64,000 nucleotides of DNA from Roseibacillus sp. (GCA_051251855.1 JBPOGI010000003.1:192001-256000); one strand, 5' to 3'; positions 1 through 10,071 are shown, counted from the first letter of the stretch. The notes: generated from the sequence alone by a model not told the origin. Translations and numbers: made by a program.

Positions 1-3000
1 GCCAACCGGCTCCTTGCACGAAGGCACCTTCGATTTGGCCGCGATCGAGGTCGGGGCTAAGGGAGTTGCCGACATCATGGAGGATGTCGACGCGACGCAG
101 ATGATGCATGCCGGTGTAGCCATCGACTTCGACTTCGCTGACGGCAGCGCCGAAGGCGTAGTAGTGGAAAGGTCGGCCTTTGGGACGTTCCATGGACCAG
201 TCCCATTCGAGGTCGGGGGTCTTGTAGAATCCAGCGGCGGAGAGTTGGATGCGCTCGGCGTAGGCGGCTTGGGCGAGTTCGTCGAAGGGCAGAGAGTGAT
301 GGCCGGCGTGCACGCTATCATCGGTGAAGATGACTTCGGAGGGATCGCACTCGAGTTTTTGGGCGGCGAGAGGGGCGAGCCGTTCGCGGAGTTGGCGGCA
401 GGCATCGGCGACGGCCATTCCATTGAGGTCGGAGCCGGAGGAGGCGGCGGTGGCGGAAGTGTTGGGCACCTTGTCGGTGCGGGTGTTCATGAGGCGAATG
501 CGGTCGGCGGAGAGGCCGAGTTCCTTCATCGCGACGGTGAGGATTTTGCTGTGGAGGCCTTGGCCCATTTCGGTGCCGCCGTGGTTCACTTGTACGGAGC
601 CGTCGGCGTAGATGAGGACGAGGGCGCCGGCTTGGTTGTAGTGCTTGAGGGTGAAGCTGATGCCGAATTTGACGGGGGTGATGGCAAGGCCGCGGCGTTG
701 TTGGGGGTGGGACTGGTTCCAGGTGTGGAGTTCTTTTTTGCGGGCGGTAAAGTCGGAGGACTCTAACAATTCGTCCCAGATGCGTTGGATGCGGTTGCCC
801 TCGACGACTTCGCCGTAGTGAGTGGTGTTCGTTTCGCCGTCGCCGTGGTAGAAATTGCATGCGCGCACTTGTTCGGGAGGAAGGTCGAGCGCGAGGGCGA
901 CGCGGGCGAGGATGTCCTCGATGATGACCATGCCTTGGGGACCGCCAAAGCCTCGGAAGGCGGTGTGGGAGGTGGCGTTGGTCTTGCAGACGCGGCCTTC
1001 GAAGTGAACGTTTGGAAAGTAATAGGCGTTATCGAGGTGAAAGAGGGCGCGGTCGTTGACGGGTTGGGAGAGGTCGAGGGACCAGCCGCCGTCGGAGAAG
1101 AGATGCACTTGCACGGCGTCAATGCGGCCGTCGTCGTGGTAGCCGACTTGGAAGCGGGCGTGGAAGGGATGTCGTTTTCCCGAGGTGACCATGTCGTGGT
1201 CGCGATCGAGTTGGAGGGTGACGGGCTTGTTAAGTTGATGAGCGGCAAGAGCGCAGACGGCGGCCCAAGGGTTGGCTTGTGTTTCTTTACCGCCAAAGCC
1301 GCCTCCCATGCGGGGACTTTCGACGGTGACGCGGTGGCGGGCCCAGCCGAGGACTTCAGCGACGATGGTTTGGGTCTCGGAAGGGTGTTGGGTGGAAGAG
1401 TGGATGAGGACGGCATCTTCGCCATCGGGTTCGGCGAAGGCGGCGTGGGTCTCGAGGTAAAATTGCTCTTGGCCGCCGACTTCGAGGGTGCCGGAGAGTT
1501 GATGAGGGGCGTCTTTGAGGCCTTGTTCTACATCGCCGCGTCCGAGGATGTGGGGGTCGGTGTGAAAGGACTCGGCTTCGACGGCGGCGGGGATTCCTAA
1601 GAGAGGAGGGAGAGGGATGGTTTCGATGATGATTTTCTCGGCAGCGAGGCGGGCGTTCTCGTAGCTGTCGGCGATGACGGCGGCGAGGAGTTGGCCATGG
1701 TATTGGATGGTGTCGGTGGCGAAGAGCGGTTCGTCGTGACGCGCGGGTCCGGTGTTGTTAGAGCCGGTGATATCCTCGGCGGTGAGAATGGTCTGGACGC
1801 CGGGTTGAGTGAGAGCGGGAGTGACGTCGAGCTTGTCGATGGTGGCGTGGGCCACTTGGGAGAAGACGGGGTAGGCGTGGAGGGCGTTGCGATTGAGGCC
1901 GATGTCGTGGGTGTAGAGAGCGTGGCCGGTGACGTGGCCGACGGCGGACTCGTGGGGGTCGGAGAGTTGGGTCGGTGCTTCCAATTCGGGAACCGGGATT
2001 TCGATTTCTAATAACTCAGGATTCTGGAGGGCGGCGAGGTGTTTTTCGCAGAGGGAAAGGATGAGGCGTTGACGGTATTCGGCAGAGCCCCGTTGGTCGG
2101 AGAGGGGAGTGAATTCCTGGGAAAGAATGTTGGGGAGCTCGGAGGGAAGGGTCTTCCCGAACTGACCGATGAGGGCTTTTTCCGCTTCGTAGGCGCGGGC
2201 GGGATGGGCGGAGACGCCACCGAAAGCAAGGCGGGCTTCTTGGATGACTCCGCTGTCGTCGATAAGGATGCGGGAGGCGAGGGAAACGGTGGAGATGTCC
2301 ATCTCGCGTCGCTTGGAGACTTTGGAAAAGGCGCTCACTCCGGTGAGCTTGCGAGGGACGTTGATGGTGACGAGGAGTTCGTCTTTCTTGAGAACGGTGG
2401 CGCGGTAGCCGGTGAAGAATTCGCTGAGGGGGATGGTCCGCTTGTGGTGCGGGCATTGCAGGGTGACGGTGGCATCGAGAGCGAGGAGGACGGGGGCAGA
2501 GTCGCCGATAGGAGAGGCGGTGACGAGGTTGCCGCCGAGGGTGGCGCGGTGCCGGATTTGGCGGGAGGCGAAGAGGCGCAGCATTTTGCCGAAGGCAGGG
2601 TATTCGGCGGCGACGGGCTCGAGGTCGGTGAGGGGGCAGGCGGCGCCGATGTGCCAATGGGTGTCACTTTCCTTGAGTTCTAACAGTTCGGTGACGTGTT
2701 CGAGGGAGATGAGGGTGTCGGGGCGGAGATGGCGCTTGTTCATCAGGACCGCAAGTTCGGTGGCGCCGGCGATGTAGGGAGCTTTGGGGTGATGGCTCTT
2801 GGCGACGAAAACTTCGGCGATGGTGGTGGGGCAGTAGTATTTGTCGGTGGCGTCGGGGACGATAGGCTCTGAGGAGGGGAGGTCGGTTTGAGGGATGAGA
2901 GCGGCGGCTTCGCGAATGGGGCGGTAGCCGGTGCAGCGGCAGAGGTTTCCGCAAAGTTGATCCGCGATGGCGGCGGGGTCGTCTTGGATTCCGCGCGCAG

Positions 3001-3352
3001 AGCCTTCGGCCATGGAGCAGATGAAGCCGGGGGTGCAGTAGCCGCATTGGGAACCGTTGCAGGTGACCATGGCGGATTGCGCTGGGTGCAATTCTTTGTT
3101 CGCGGCGAGGCCTTCGGCGGTGAGGACTTCGCGGCCGATGAGAGAGTGGACGAGGGCGAGGCAGCCGTTGATGGCACGAGGTGGGCCTGCGGGTTCGAGG
3201 AGGAGGAGGGTGCACGCGCCGCAGTCACCTTCGTTGCAACCAACCTTGGATCCGGTGAATCCGTTGAGGCGGAGAAACTCGAGGAGATTTTGATGGAGAG
3301 GAGCCGCCGAGACGTCGGTGACTTTTCCATTGATGGTGATGGTGGCGGGCAT
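1..3352 (-). CDS. xdhAB: Xanthine dehydrogenase, fused 2Fe-2S/FAD (XdhA) + molybdopterin (XdhB) chain, partial at left edge
   Basis: Not in the ORF track because the frame has no stop before the window edge. ATG at 3352 (MPATITINGK), GCNEGDCGAC and QCGYCTPGF 2Fe-2S motifs, ...SDQRGSAEYRQRL... continues in frame into ...PHESAVGHVTGHALYTHDI. Confidence 0.92.
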   Translation of the reverse strand, partial: MPATITINGKVTDVSAAPLHQNLLEFLRLNGFTGSKVGCNEGDCGACTLLLLEPAGPPRAINGCLALVHSLIGREVLTAEGLAANKELHPAQSAMVTCNGSQCGYCTPGFICSMAEGSARGIQDDPAAIADQLCGNLCRCTGYRPIREAAALIPQTDLPSSEPIVPDATDKYYCPTTIAEVFVAKSHHPKAPYIAGATELAVLMNKRHLRPDTLISLEHVTELLELKESDTHWHIGAACPLTDLEPVAAEYPAFGKMLRLFASRQIRHRATLGGNLVTASPIGDSAPVLLALDATVTLQCPHHKRTIPLSEFFTGYRATVLKKDELLVTINVPRKLTGVSAFSKVSKRREMDISTVSLASRILIDDSGVIQEARLAFGGVSAHPARAYEAEKALIGQFGKTLPSELPNILSQEFTPLSDQRGSAEYRQRLILSLCEKHLAALQNPELLEIEIPVPELEAPTQLSDPHESAVGHVTGHALYTHDIGLNRNALHAYPVFSQVAHATIDKLDVTPALTQPGVQTILTAEDITGSNNTGPARHDEPLFATDTIQYHGQLLAAVIADSYENARLAAEKIIIETIPLPPLLGIPAAVEAESFHTDPHILGRGDVEQGLKDAPHQLSGTLEVGGQEQFYLETHAAFAEPDGEDAVLIHSSTQHPSETQTIVAEVLGWARHRVTVESPRMGGGFGGKETQANPWAAVCALAAHQLNKPVTLQLDRDHDMVTSGKRHPFHARFQVGYHDDGRIDAVQVHLFSDGGWSLDLSQPVNDRALFHLDNAYYFPNVHFEGRVCKTNATSHTAFRGFGGPQGMVIIEDILARVALALDLPPEQVRACNFYHGDGETNTTHYGEVVEGNRIQRIWDELLESSDFTARKKELHTWNQSHPQQRRGLAITPVKFGISFTLKHYNQAGALVLIYADGSVQVNHGGTEMGQGLHSKILTVAMKELGLSADRIRLMNTRTDKVPNTSATAASSGSDLNGMAVADACRQLRERLAPLAAQKLECDPSEVIFTDDSVHAGHHSLPFDELAQAAYAERIQLSAAGFYKTPDLEWDWSMERPKGRPFHYYAFGAAVSEVEVDGYTGMHHLRRVDILHDVGNSLSPDLDRGQIEGAFVQGAGW

Positions 3353-3358
3353 GGGAGC

Positions 3359-4087
3359 TTACTCGGGAAGGCGGTGGATGTCTTTGTAGTAGAGGTAGGA
3401 AGCAGGTTCGTCTCCGATGGCGGCGAACCACTGGGGGCAGTAAGGCGCCATCCAAATGGCGTCGCCAGCGTGGACGGGATAGTATTCTTCTTCGAGGCGA
3501 TAGATGCCGTCGCCACTGAGCATCAGCAAGCCGTGTTCCATGATGTGGGTTTCCACAAAAGGAAGGGTGGCGCCGGGTTGGTAGGTGAAGATGTTGATGG
3601 CGAGGTCGAAGGAGGGATGGATGGGGAGGAGGGTTTGCAGGATGGCGCGCTCGTTGCCCATGAAGGGTTCGCCGGGGATGTCTTTGGCGTTGCCATGAGT
3701 GACGGTGGGGGTGGGGTGGTCGAGGTGGGGTTGATAGACTTTGCGGAAGACGGTGAGGCGCGCTTCGGGTTCGCCTTGGAAGGTGACTTCGGTGTGCGGC
3801 GGGACGAAGAGGTAGGAGCCGGCGACGAGGTCGATGCTTTGGTCTTCGAGGTGAGCGGTGACGGTTCCGGTTTCGAGATAGCAGGCGTGTTCATGCTCGT
3901 CGGAGGGGAAATTGGCGGTGCCATCTTTCGCAGAGAAGGTGACGAGGATCTGGGAGAGGTCGGCCCCCATAGCGGGAGAGAGAATGACGTTGGCGATGGC
4001 GTCAACCCAGCCGGGAAATTCGGAGGGGACGTGGCCGTCGGGTGCAATGAGTGCGTGTCGGCCGGAGAGTCGGGTTCGGGTGTGCAT
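3359..4087 (-). CDS. allE: (S)-ureidoglycine aminohydrolase (bicupin)
   Basis: VETHIMEHGLLMLSGDGIYRL and WMAPYCPQWF motifs; purine cluster context. Confidence 0.92.
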   Translation of the reverse strand: MHTRTRLSGRHALIAPDGHVPSEFPGWVDAIANVILSPAMGADLSQILVTFSAKDGTANFPSDEHEHACYLETGTVTAHLEDQSIDLVAGSYLFVPPHTEVTFQGEPEARLTVFRKVYQPHLDHPTPTVTHGNAKDIPGEPFMGNERAILQTLLPIHPSFDLAINIFTYQPGATLPFVETHIMEHGLLMLSGDGIYRLEEEYYPVHAGDAIWMAPYCPQWFAAIGDEPASYLYYKDIHRLPE

Positions 4088-4091
4088 GGCG

Positions 4092-5369
4092 TTAAGGTAG
4101 CGTTATTGGGTGGAGAAATCGAGAACGAGTCTGCGAGGTAACGAGTTGGCCGCGCAGGTAGGTGGCGGTGACGCGGTGAGAGAGGGGGAGGCCCGTATAG
4201 GGCGAGTGAGGATGGAGGGAGAGTTGGGGGTCGTTGATGGGGGCGGGATTGTTTTTTTGAAGGAGGGTGAAGTCGGCATCGTAGCCGGGTGCGAGGCGGC
4301 CTTTGTTGGGGAGGCGAAAGCGGTCGGCGACGTTGCGGGAGGTTTGGGGAAGGAGGTCGAAGGTGTGGTCGAGGAGGAGGGGGAAGCCGTGTTGGATACC
4401 GGCGATACCGCCCCACATTTGGAAGATATCATCGCCGGTTTTGAGGTCGGGGGAGGAGGGGGAGTGGTCGGAGCCGATGGTGTCGATTTCGTTGTTGCGG
4501 AGGCAGTCCCAGAGAGCGGCGACGGTTTCGGCAGGGCGAAGGGGCGGGGCGCATTTGGCGAAGGGGCCGATGCGGTTGGCGGCGGTGCGGTCGAGGAGGA
4601 GGTAGTGGGGACAGGTCTCGACGGTGACGTTGACTCCTGCTTTTTTGGCGGCGGTGACGAGGGCGATTCCTTCGGGGCAAGTGACGTGGACGATGTGGAG
4701 TGCGCAGTGGGTTTCGGCAGCGAGTTCGAGGGCGAGAGAGATGGCGTTGGTCTCGAAGGTGGTGGGGCGGGAGTCGAGCCAGTCCTGCATGGTGGTGCCG
4801 GTGGCGGGAGGTCCGTGGGGGATTTCGGCATGGACGGCGACGGGGAGGTTGAGGTCGGCCGCGATCTTCATGCCTTCGCGCAGGGTGGCGGAGTCGGCGG
4901 CGGGGTATTCGTCGATGCCGGAGTGACACATGAAGGCTTTGAAGCCAATGGCACCGGATTGGGCCATGTCTGTTAGGTGAGGGAGAGATTCGGGGACGAG
5001 ACCTCCCCAGAGGGCAAAGTCGAGGTGGGATTTTTCGAGGGCGGTGGTTTTTTTGAGTTCGAAGGTTTCGCGGTTAGTGACGGGTGGGGAGGAGTTGAGC
5101 GGCATGTCGAAGAAGGCGGTGCCTCCTCCAGCGGCGAGGGCGAGGGAGCCGGTGTGGAGTCCTTCCCAATTGGCGCGACCGGGTTCGTTGAAGTGGACAT
5201 GGGAGTCGATCCAGCTGGGGATCAGGATACGGTCGGTGGCGTCGATTTCTTGGGTGGCGGTTCCGGAGATGTTGGGGGAGACTTCGGTGACGGTGCCGTT
5301 GGTGACAGCGAGAGATTGGACCTGACCGTCGGGTAGGGTGGCGTGGATGAGGAGGTCGTGGTCGGGCAT
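4092..5369 (-). CDS. allB: Allantoinase
   Basis: DSHVHFNEPGR, GFKAFM, KCAPPLR, SDHSP, WGGIAG motifs. Confidence 0.9.
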   Translation of the reverse strand: MPDHDLLIHATLPDGQVQSLAVTNGTVTEVSPNISGTATQEIDATDRILIPSWIDSHVHFNEPGRANWEGLHTGSLALAAGGGTAFFDMPLNSSPPVTNRETFELKKTTALEKSHLDFALWGGLVPESLPHLTDMAQSGAIGFKAFMCHSGIDEYPAADSATLREGMKIAADLNLPVAVHAEIPHGPPATGTTMQDWLDSRPTTFETNAISLALELAAETHCALHIVHVTCPEGIALVTAAKKAGVNVTVETCPHYLLLDRTAANRIGPFAKCAPPLRPAETVAALWDCLRNNEIDTIGSDHSPSSPDLKTGDDIFQMWGGIAGIQHGFPLLLDHTFDLLPQTSRNVADRFRLPNKGRLAPGYDADFTLLQKNNPAPINDPQLSLHPHSPYTGLPLSHRVTATYLRGQLVTSQTRSRFLHPITLP

Positions 5370-5614
5370 AGAGTTAGAGTGACAAAGATTTTTTTACCAC
5401 GAAGAGCACAAAGGACGCGAAGGATTAGGTTGTAGGATTTTGACGAAGCAGTGGGGCGAGCTAAAGCTCGCGGTCCGTACTTTTGGCTCGTCCTTAGTTT
5501 TTAGGTGTTTCATTTTTAGTTTTTCGAAAATTAAGGGGCTGGGAATTGGAGGGAGACGACGAACTCGGGGATTTGGTTTTTGAGTCTTTGGTTTTTGAGT
5601 TTTTTCGAAGGGGG

Positions 5615-6844
5615 TTAGGTGGGCGAGGGTTCAAAAGTTTTTAAGAAGTGGGTGAGGATGTTGATGCCAGTGGCGATGTCTTCGGGGGTGGCGTATTCGT
5701 CGGGATGATGAGAGAGGCCGTCGCGGCAACGGACGAAAATCATGCCGATGGGCATGACGGGGGCGAGGACGACACCGTCGTGACCAGCTCCACTGGGGAG
5801 GAGGCGATTGTGTCCGGTGATGGCTGTGAGGGAGTTGAGGAGCTGATTGGTGAGTTTGGGTTCGCAGGGAGTGGCGTCGTTGCCTTGGATGATTTGCCAG
5901 GCGTATTGGAGATTTCTGTCTTTGGTGATGCGGGTGAATTCGGCTTCGATGTCGGCTTCGGCTTGATGCCGGACGTCGTCGTTGGGGTGCCGAATGTCGA
6001 TGGTGAAGGTGACCTCTTGGGGAATGCTGTTAGAGACGTTGGGCTGAACTTGAACTTGGCCGACGGTGGCGACGAGGGAGTCGGTTTGGCGGGCGATGTT
6101 CTCGATGGCGAGGATGGCTTCGGCGCTCCCAGTGAGGGCATCGCTGCGCAGGTTCATGGGGGTGGTGCCAGCGTGGTCGGCATGTCCGGTGAAGGTGATG
6201 CGCAAGCGGGTTTGACCCATGATGCTGGTGACAATGCAGGCGGGCTCGTTGGCTTCTTCGAGGATGCGGCCTTGCTCGATGTGAAGTTCGACGTAGCCGA
6301 GGGTTTCGCTTGGGGCGTAGTGAAAGACTTCGGCTTGGTCGTGCCAGCCGAGGGTGGCGAGGACGAAGGCGAGGGATTGGCCTTTGGCATCTTCGCGGTT
6401 GAGGGTGCCGTGGTCGAGTTCGCCGATGATGCTGCGGCTGCCGAGGTAGGTGGTCTGGAAGCGGACGCCTTCTTCGTCGGAGAAGCCGAGAACGTGAACG
6501 GGGAAAGGGAGGGTGATGTTTTGTTCGGCGAGGATTTCGAGGGCGGCAAGGGAACTGACGACGCCGAGGGGGCCATCGTATTTTCCCGCGTTGATGACGG
6601 TGTCGATGTGGGAGCCGAGGAGAAGGGGTGGGGCCTCGGGATTGCTGCCGGGAAGGATGCCGCGCACGGTGCCGTCCTTGGCGTGGGCGGTTTCCATGCC
6701 GAGCTTTTCCATCCAATGGATGACGGAGGCTGCGGCTCGGAGATTGGAGCGGGAGAGGAAGGTGCGGACGAGGTGGTGCGGGTCGTCGGAGAGTTGTCCG
6801 AGTTCTTCGATACGCTCGACGGCGGTTTGGTGCGGAGTGGGCAT
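5615..6844 (-). CDS. allC: Allantoate amidohydrolase (M20 family)
   Basis: GSHIDTV, DEEGVRF, ELHIEQG, HAGTTPM, SGAGHD motifs. Confidence 0.9.
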   Translation of the reverse strand: MPTPHQTAVERIEELGQLSDDPHHLVRTFLSRSNLRAAASVIHWMEKLGMETAHAKDGTVRGILPGSNPEAPPLLLGSHIDTVINAGKYDGPLGVVSSLAALEILAEQNITLPFPVHVLGFSDEEGVRFQTTYLGSRSIIGELDHGTLNREDAKGQSLAFVLATLGWHDQAEVFHYAPSETLGYVELHIEQGRILEEANEPACIVTSIMGQTRLRITFTGHADHAGTTPMNLRSDALTGSAEAILAIENIARQTDSLVATVGQVQVQPNVSNSIPQEVTFTIDIRHPNDDVRHQAEADIEAEFTRITKDRNLQYAWQIIQGNDATPCEPKLTNQLLNSLTAITGHNRLLPSGAGHDGVVLAPVMPIGMIFVRCRDGLSHHPDEYATPEDIATGINILTHFLKTFEPSPT

Positions 6845-6861
6845 TCAGGTTTTGTGATGAA

Positions 6862-7188
6862 TTAGCTGCCGCGGTAGGTGGAGTAGGAGAAGGGTGAACA
6901 GAGGAGGGGGACGTGGTAGGATTGGTTGGCTTCGGTTTTGAAGTCGATTTGGATGACTTCGAGAAAGGGGGAGTCGATGCCGAGTGCACGGAAGTAGTCT
7001 CCAATGGAGAAGAGGAGGCGATAGCTTCCGGCGGGTGGGTCGGTGAGGAGGGGCTCGTCGCAGCGGCCGTCATCGTTGGTAGTGGTGTCGACGATAAGCT
7101 CGTTGGCGGCATTGAAGAGCTGGATACGAACGCCTTGGGCGGGTTTGCCGTGGGCGGTGTCGAGGACGTGGGTGCTGACTTTCTCCAT
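6862..7188 (-). CDS. uraH: 5-hydroxyisourate hydrolase (transthyretin-like)
   Basis: STHVLDTAHGKPA N-terminus and YHVPLL...YSTYRGS C-terminus. Confidence 0.95.
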   Translation of the reverse strand: MEKVSTHVLDTAHGKPAQGVRIQLFNAANELIVDTTTNDDGRCDEPLLTDPPAGSYRLLFSIGDYFRALGIDSPFLEVIQIDFKTEANQSYHVPLLCSPFSYSTYRGS

Positions 7189-7318
7189 ACAAACATTTCA
7201 GCAGATGGCGGGCCGAACCGCAAGAAAGGGGTTTTCGGGCGAAGGGCAGTTGAACGTGAGGTGGGCGTTGGATAGTATTTTTCTCTTCATTTGGCTTCTG
7301 GCCTGCTAGACTCTCAAC

Positions 7319-8479
7319 ATGGAATTTTGGAGAATTGCGGGGGAAGTGGAGTCGTCGTTGCCGAGGGGCAAGGCGCTAGTGAAGGCTTTGGACTTTAAGC
7401 GGCTGCCGAAGGTGTTGTTGCATGAGCATTTGGATGGTGGGGTGAGACCGCAGACGGTGATCGATTTGGCGAAGGAGCAAGGTTACGAGGATTTGCCGAC
7501 GACCGATGCGGGGGAGTTGGCGGATTGGTTTCATCGCGGGGCGCAGCGGGGAAATTTGCCAGAGTATTTGGAGGGATTCGCACATACTATTGCGGTGATG
7601 CAGTCACGGGATGGGCTGGCGCGAGTGGCGAAAGAGTTCTTGGAGGATATGAAGAACGATGGCGTGGTTTACGCCGAGATTCGGTTTGCGCCGGTGTTTC
7701 ACACGGGCGGAGGGTTGACTCTTGATGAGGTGATGGCGGCGGTGTTGGAGGGATTGCGTGAGGGCGAGAAAGAGTTTGGGGTTTCTTGGGGGCTGATTGT
7801 TTGTGCGATGCGCAACTTTAAGGATTCGGAGGAGATGGCGGAGCTGGCAATTAAGTGGCGTGATGAGGGGGTGGTTGGTTTTGACCTTGCGGGTGAGGAA
7901 GCGGGGTATCCGCCGAAGGACCACATTCCAGCCTTTCAGGCCGTGCAGCGGGCAAACTTTGCGATTACGATTCATGCGGGGGAAGCTTTTGGGCCGGAGT
8001 CCATTTGGCAGGCTTTGCAGTTTTGTGGGGCGCATCGATTGGGGCATGGCACGCGATTGATGGAGGATATTGAGGTGAAGGAAGACGGTTCGTTGGAGAT
8101 GGGGCGGTTGGCGAGATTCGTGCTCGATCAGCGGGTGCCGTTAGAGATGTGTCTTTCGAGTAATGTGGATACAGGGGCTTGTCCTTCGATTGCGGAGCAC
8201 CCTTTTCCGGTTCTCTTTCGATCAGGGTTTCGGGTGTTTCTGAATACCGATGACCGTCTGATGAGTCGGACTGAAATGTCGCGTGAATTCGAAATTGCGA
8301 CGGAGGCCTATGATATGACCATTGCCGAGCTGGAGAAAATGACGATGAGTGCGGCGAAGAGTGCTTTTGCTTCCCATGAGGAGCGGGTGCGTCTGATGCA
8401 GCGCGTACTCATTCCTGGTTATGCAGCGCTTACTGCGGAGTTGGTGGCTGACGTTTTGAAAAAGAGAACGTCGGATTAA
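7319..8479 (+). CDS. add: Adenosine/adenine deaminase
   Basis: LPKVLLHEHLDG, HAGE, RLGHG, NTDD motifs; true start may be about 20 codons downstream. Confidence 0.88.
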   Translation: MEFWRIAGEVESSLPRGKALVKALDFKRLPKVLLHEHLDGGVRPQTVIDLAKEQGYEDLPTTDAGELADWFHRGAQRGNLPEYLEGFAHTIAVMQSRDGLARVAKEFLEDMKNDGVVYAEIRFAPVFHTGGGLTLDEVMAAVLEGLREGEKEFGVSWGLIVCAMRNFKDSEEMAELAIKWRDEGVVGFDLAGEEAGYPPKDHIPAFQAVQRANFAITIHAGEAFGPESIWQALQFCGAHRLGHGTRLMEDIEVKEDGSLEMGRLARFVLDQRVPLEMCLSSNVDTGACPSIAEHPFPVLFRSGFRVFLNTDDRLMSRTEMSREFEIATEAYDMTIAELEKMTMSAAKSAFASHEERVRLMQRVLIPGYAALTAELVADVLKKRTSD

Positions 8480-8480
8480 T

Positions 8481-8707
8481 TTAAGGACACCTCCGGCAAC
8501 CCGAGTTTCCACGCGGACTGAAGTTTGAGTTGAAAACTTGCGGTTGCGCCGAATGACTCAGCAGGTCCGCCCGGTGGGCCGCTTCGCCTTTTTCCTCAAG
8601 GCTTCGTTGCTCATCGAGCGAGGATGTTCATCCACGTCCGATTCGCGCCTTGCCTTGAGAAAAAATGCTCGCGTCGTGAAAACCCAGATTACCGGAGGTG
8701 CCCTTAA
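8481..8707. mobile_element. MITE-like element 1 (TTAA-bounded)
   Basis: 33-nt terminal inverted repeats (27/33 match) ttaaggacacctccgg...ccggaggtgcccttaa, inner inverted repeat, no credible ORF. Confidence 0.75.
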
Positions 8708-9225
8708 GAAAAGGAGAGGTCTGGCACTTTTTCTTCAATACGAAGTTGAGCAATGAGGTGAATTTGGCGAAGAGCTTCTTTGAGTTCAACTTCGCGAGAG
8801 TTTTGCACGCGAGTAGCAAAGGCGGCGAGGACTTTAGGGCGGGTGCTGAGCTTGGCGCAGATGATAAAGGGGAAGTCGAACTTGGCGAGGTAGCTGGCGT
8901 TGAGATCGGCGAATTGTTGGTATTCCTCGTCGCTGAGGCGGTCGAGGCCGAGGCCGGCTTGTTCGGCGGTGGACTCGGAAGTGAGTTTGCCGGCGCGGGC
9001 GAGTTTGCCTCCGAGGTCGGGGTGAGCGCAAATGAGGGTGAGTTTTTCTTCGTCGGTGGCGGCCTCGACGATGGACTTCATAAGGATGATGAGGTCGTCG
9101 CGAGTGGCGAAGGGTTGCTGCGCGAAGGCGGCTTCGGCGACCCAAGGAGAGTGTTCGTAAATGGAGCCCAGCAGGTCGATGAACTCGGGCTTGGTCATTT
9201 GGTTGAGATTTGAGAGAGTGGCCAC
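8704..9225 (-). CDS. uraD: OHCU decarboxylase
   Basis: YEHSPWVAE, AHPDLG, SxxEQ, KFDFPFIIC motifs; GTG start at 9225 chosen from typical family length. Confidence 0.93.
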   Translation of the reverse strand: MATLSNLNQMTKPEFIDLLGSIYEHSPWVAEAAFAQQPFATRDDLIILMKSIVEAATDEEKLTLICAHPDLGGKLARAGKLTSESTAEQAGLGLDRLSDEEYQQFADLNASYLAKFDFPFIICAKLSTRPKVLAAFATRVQNSREVELKEALRQIHLIAQLRIEEKVPDLSFS

Positions 9226-9267
9226 GCGACGATAGAGAATGAAAATGATCGGTTTAGAAAGCAATCA

Positions 9268-10056
9268 ATGAGTGAAGAGAAGTCAGGGGCGATAGAGGTT
9301 TGGGAAGAAGTGCAGCGGCTGAAGGCGGCGGGTCTTGCAGGAGTGGTGGTGACGGTGGCGGCGGTGCGGGGGAGTGTGCCAACGGAGGCGGGTGCGAAAA
9401 TTTTGGTGAACGAGGCGGGTTTGATTGCGGGAACGGTGGGAGGAGGAAAGGTGGAGGCTCAGGCGGTGAGCGAGGCTCAGAGGTTGATGGGAAAGGGTGA
9501 GGGTTGTGAGTTGGTGACTTGGAATTTGCAGCGGGATGTGGGGATGACTTGTGGGGGCGAGATGACGTTATTGTTTGAGGCTTTTGGGGGTGAAGAAGGG
9601 TGGCATGTGGTGGTCTTTGGGGCGGGTCACGTTTCGCAGGCGGTGGTTGGCTTGTTGGCGACCTTGTCCTGTCGGGTGGATGTGGTTGATGAGCGAGAGG
9701 AGTGGCTGCAAGGGGTGACGAAGCGGGGGAATGTGGTGACGCACTTGGTGGAGCGATTTGAGGAGGGGGTGGGTTTGGTGAGGGAGGATTCGTTTGCGCT
9801 TTCGATCACCAAGGGGCATTCGGCGGATCGACCGGTTTTGAAGGAGCTGTTGTTGAGGGAGAAGGCCTTGCCGTTCGTGGGGGTGATTGGGAGTGCCTCG
9901 AAGAGGGCGGTGTTGATGAGGGAATTGAGGGAGGATGGGGTGGCGGAGGAGAGGTTGGGTACGTTGATTTGTCCGTTGGGGTTGCCGATTGGGAATAATG
10001 AGCCGGCGGAAATTGCGGTGAGTATTGTGGCGCAGTTGTTGGAGGTGCGGGGTTGA
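9268..10056 (+). CDS. xdhC: Xanthine dehydrogenase accessory protein XdhC
   Basis: GTVGGGKVE, GMTCGG, FGAGHV, GVIGSASK, PAEIAVSIVAQLL. Confidence 0.92.
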   Translation: MSEEKSGAIEVWEEVQRLKAAGLAGVVVTVAAVRGSVPTEAGAKILVNEAGLIAGTVGGGKVEAQAVSEAQRLMGKGEGCELVTWNLQRDVGMTCGGEMTLLFEAFGGEEGWHVVVFGAGHVSQAVVGLLATLSCRVDVVDEREEWLQGVTKRGNVVTHLVERFEEGVGLVREDSFALSITKGHSADRPVLKELLLREKALPFVGVIGSASKRAVLMRELREDGVAEERLGTLICPLGLPIGNNEPAEIAVSIVAQLLEVRG

Positions 10057-10071
10057 TGTGCAAGGGGCGTC

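Noticed and set aside
5370..5614. T-rich spacer with a 15-nt tandem duplication (5572-5601) as CRISPR or riboswitch
   Set aside because: Only two adjacent copies, no spacers, no cas genes, no recognisable purine riboswitch core.
14..7275. Long plus-strand ORFs (14..766, 785..1600, 2888..4141, 5648..6865 etc.)
   Set aside because: Antisense shadows in register with the real minus-strand purine genes; Gly/Val/Asp-rich with no motifs.
8538..8819. Short ORFs over MITE 1, and 18438..18864 over MITE 2, as transposase fragments
   Set aside because: No DDE/HUH motifs; consistent with chance ORFs.
1..10056. Selenium-dependent molybdenum hydroxylase system
   Set aside because: No yqeB/yqeC/selD in the window; XdhC looks conventional and selB serves Sec, not the labile Se cofactor.
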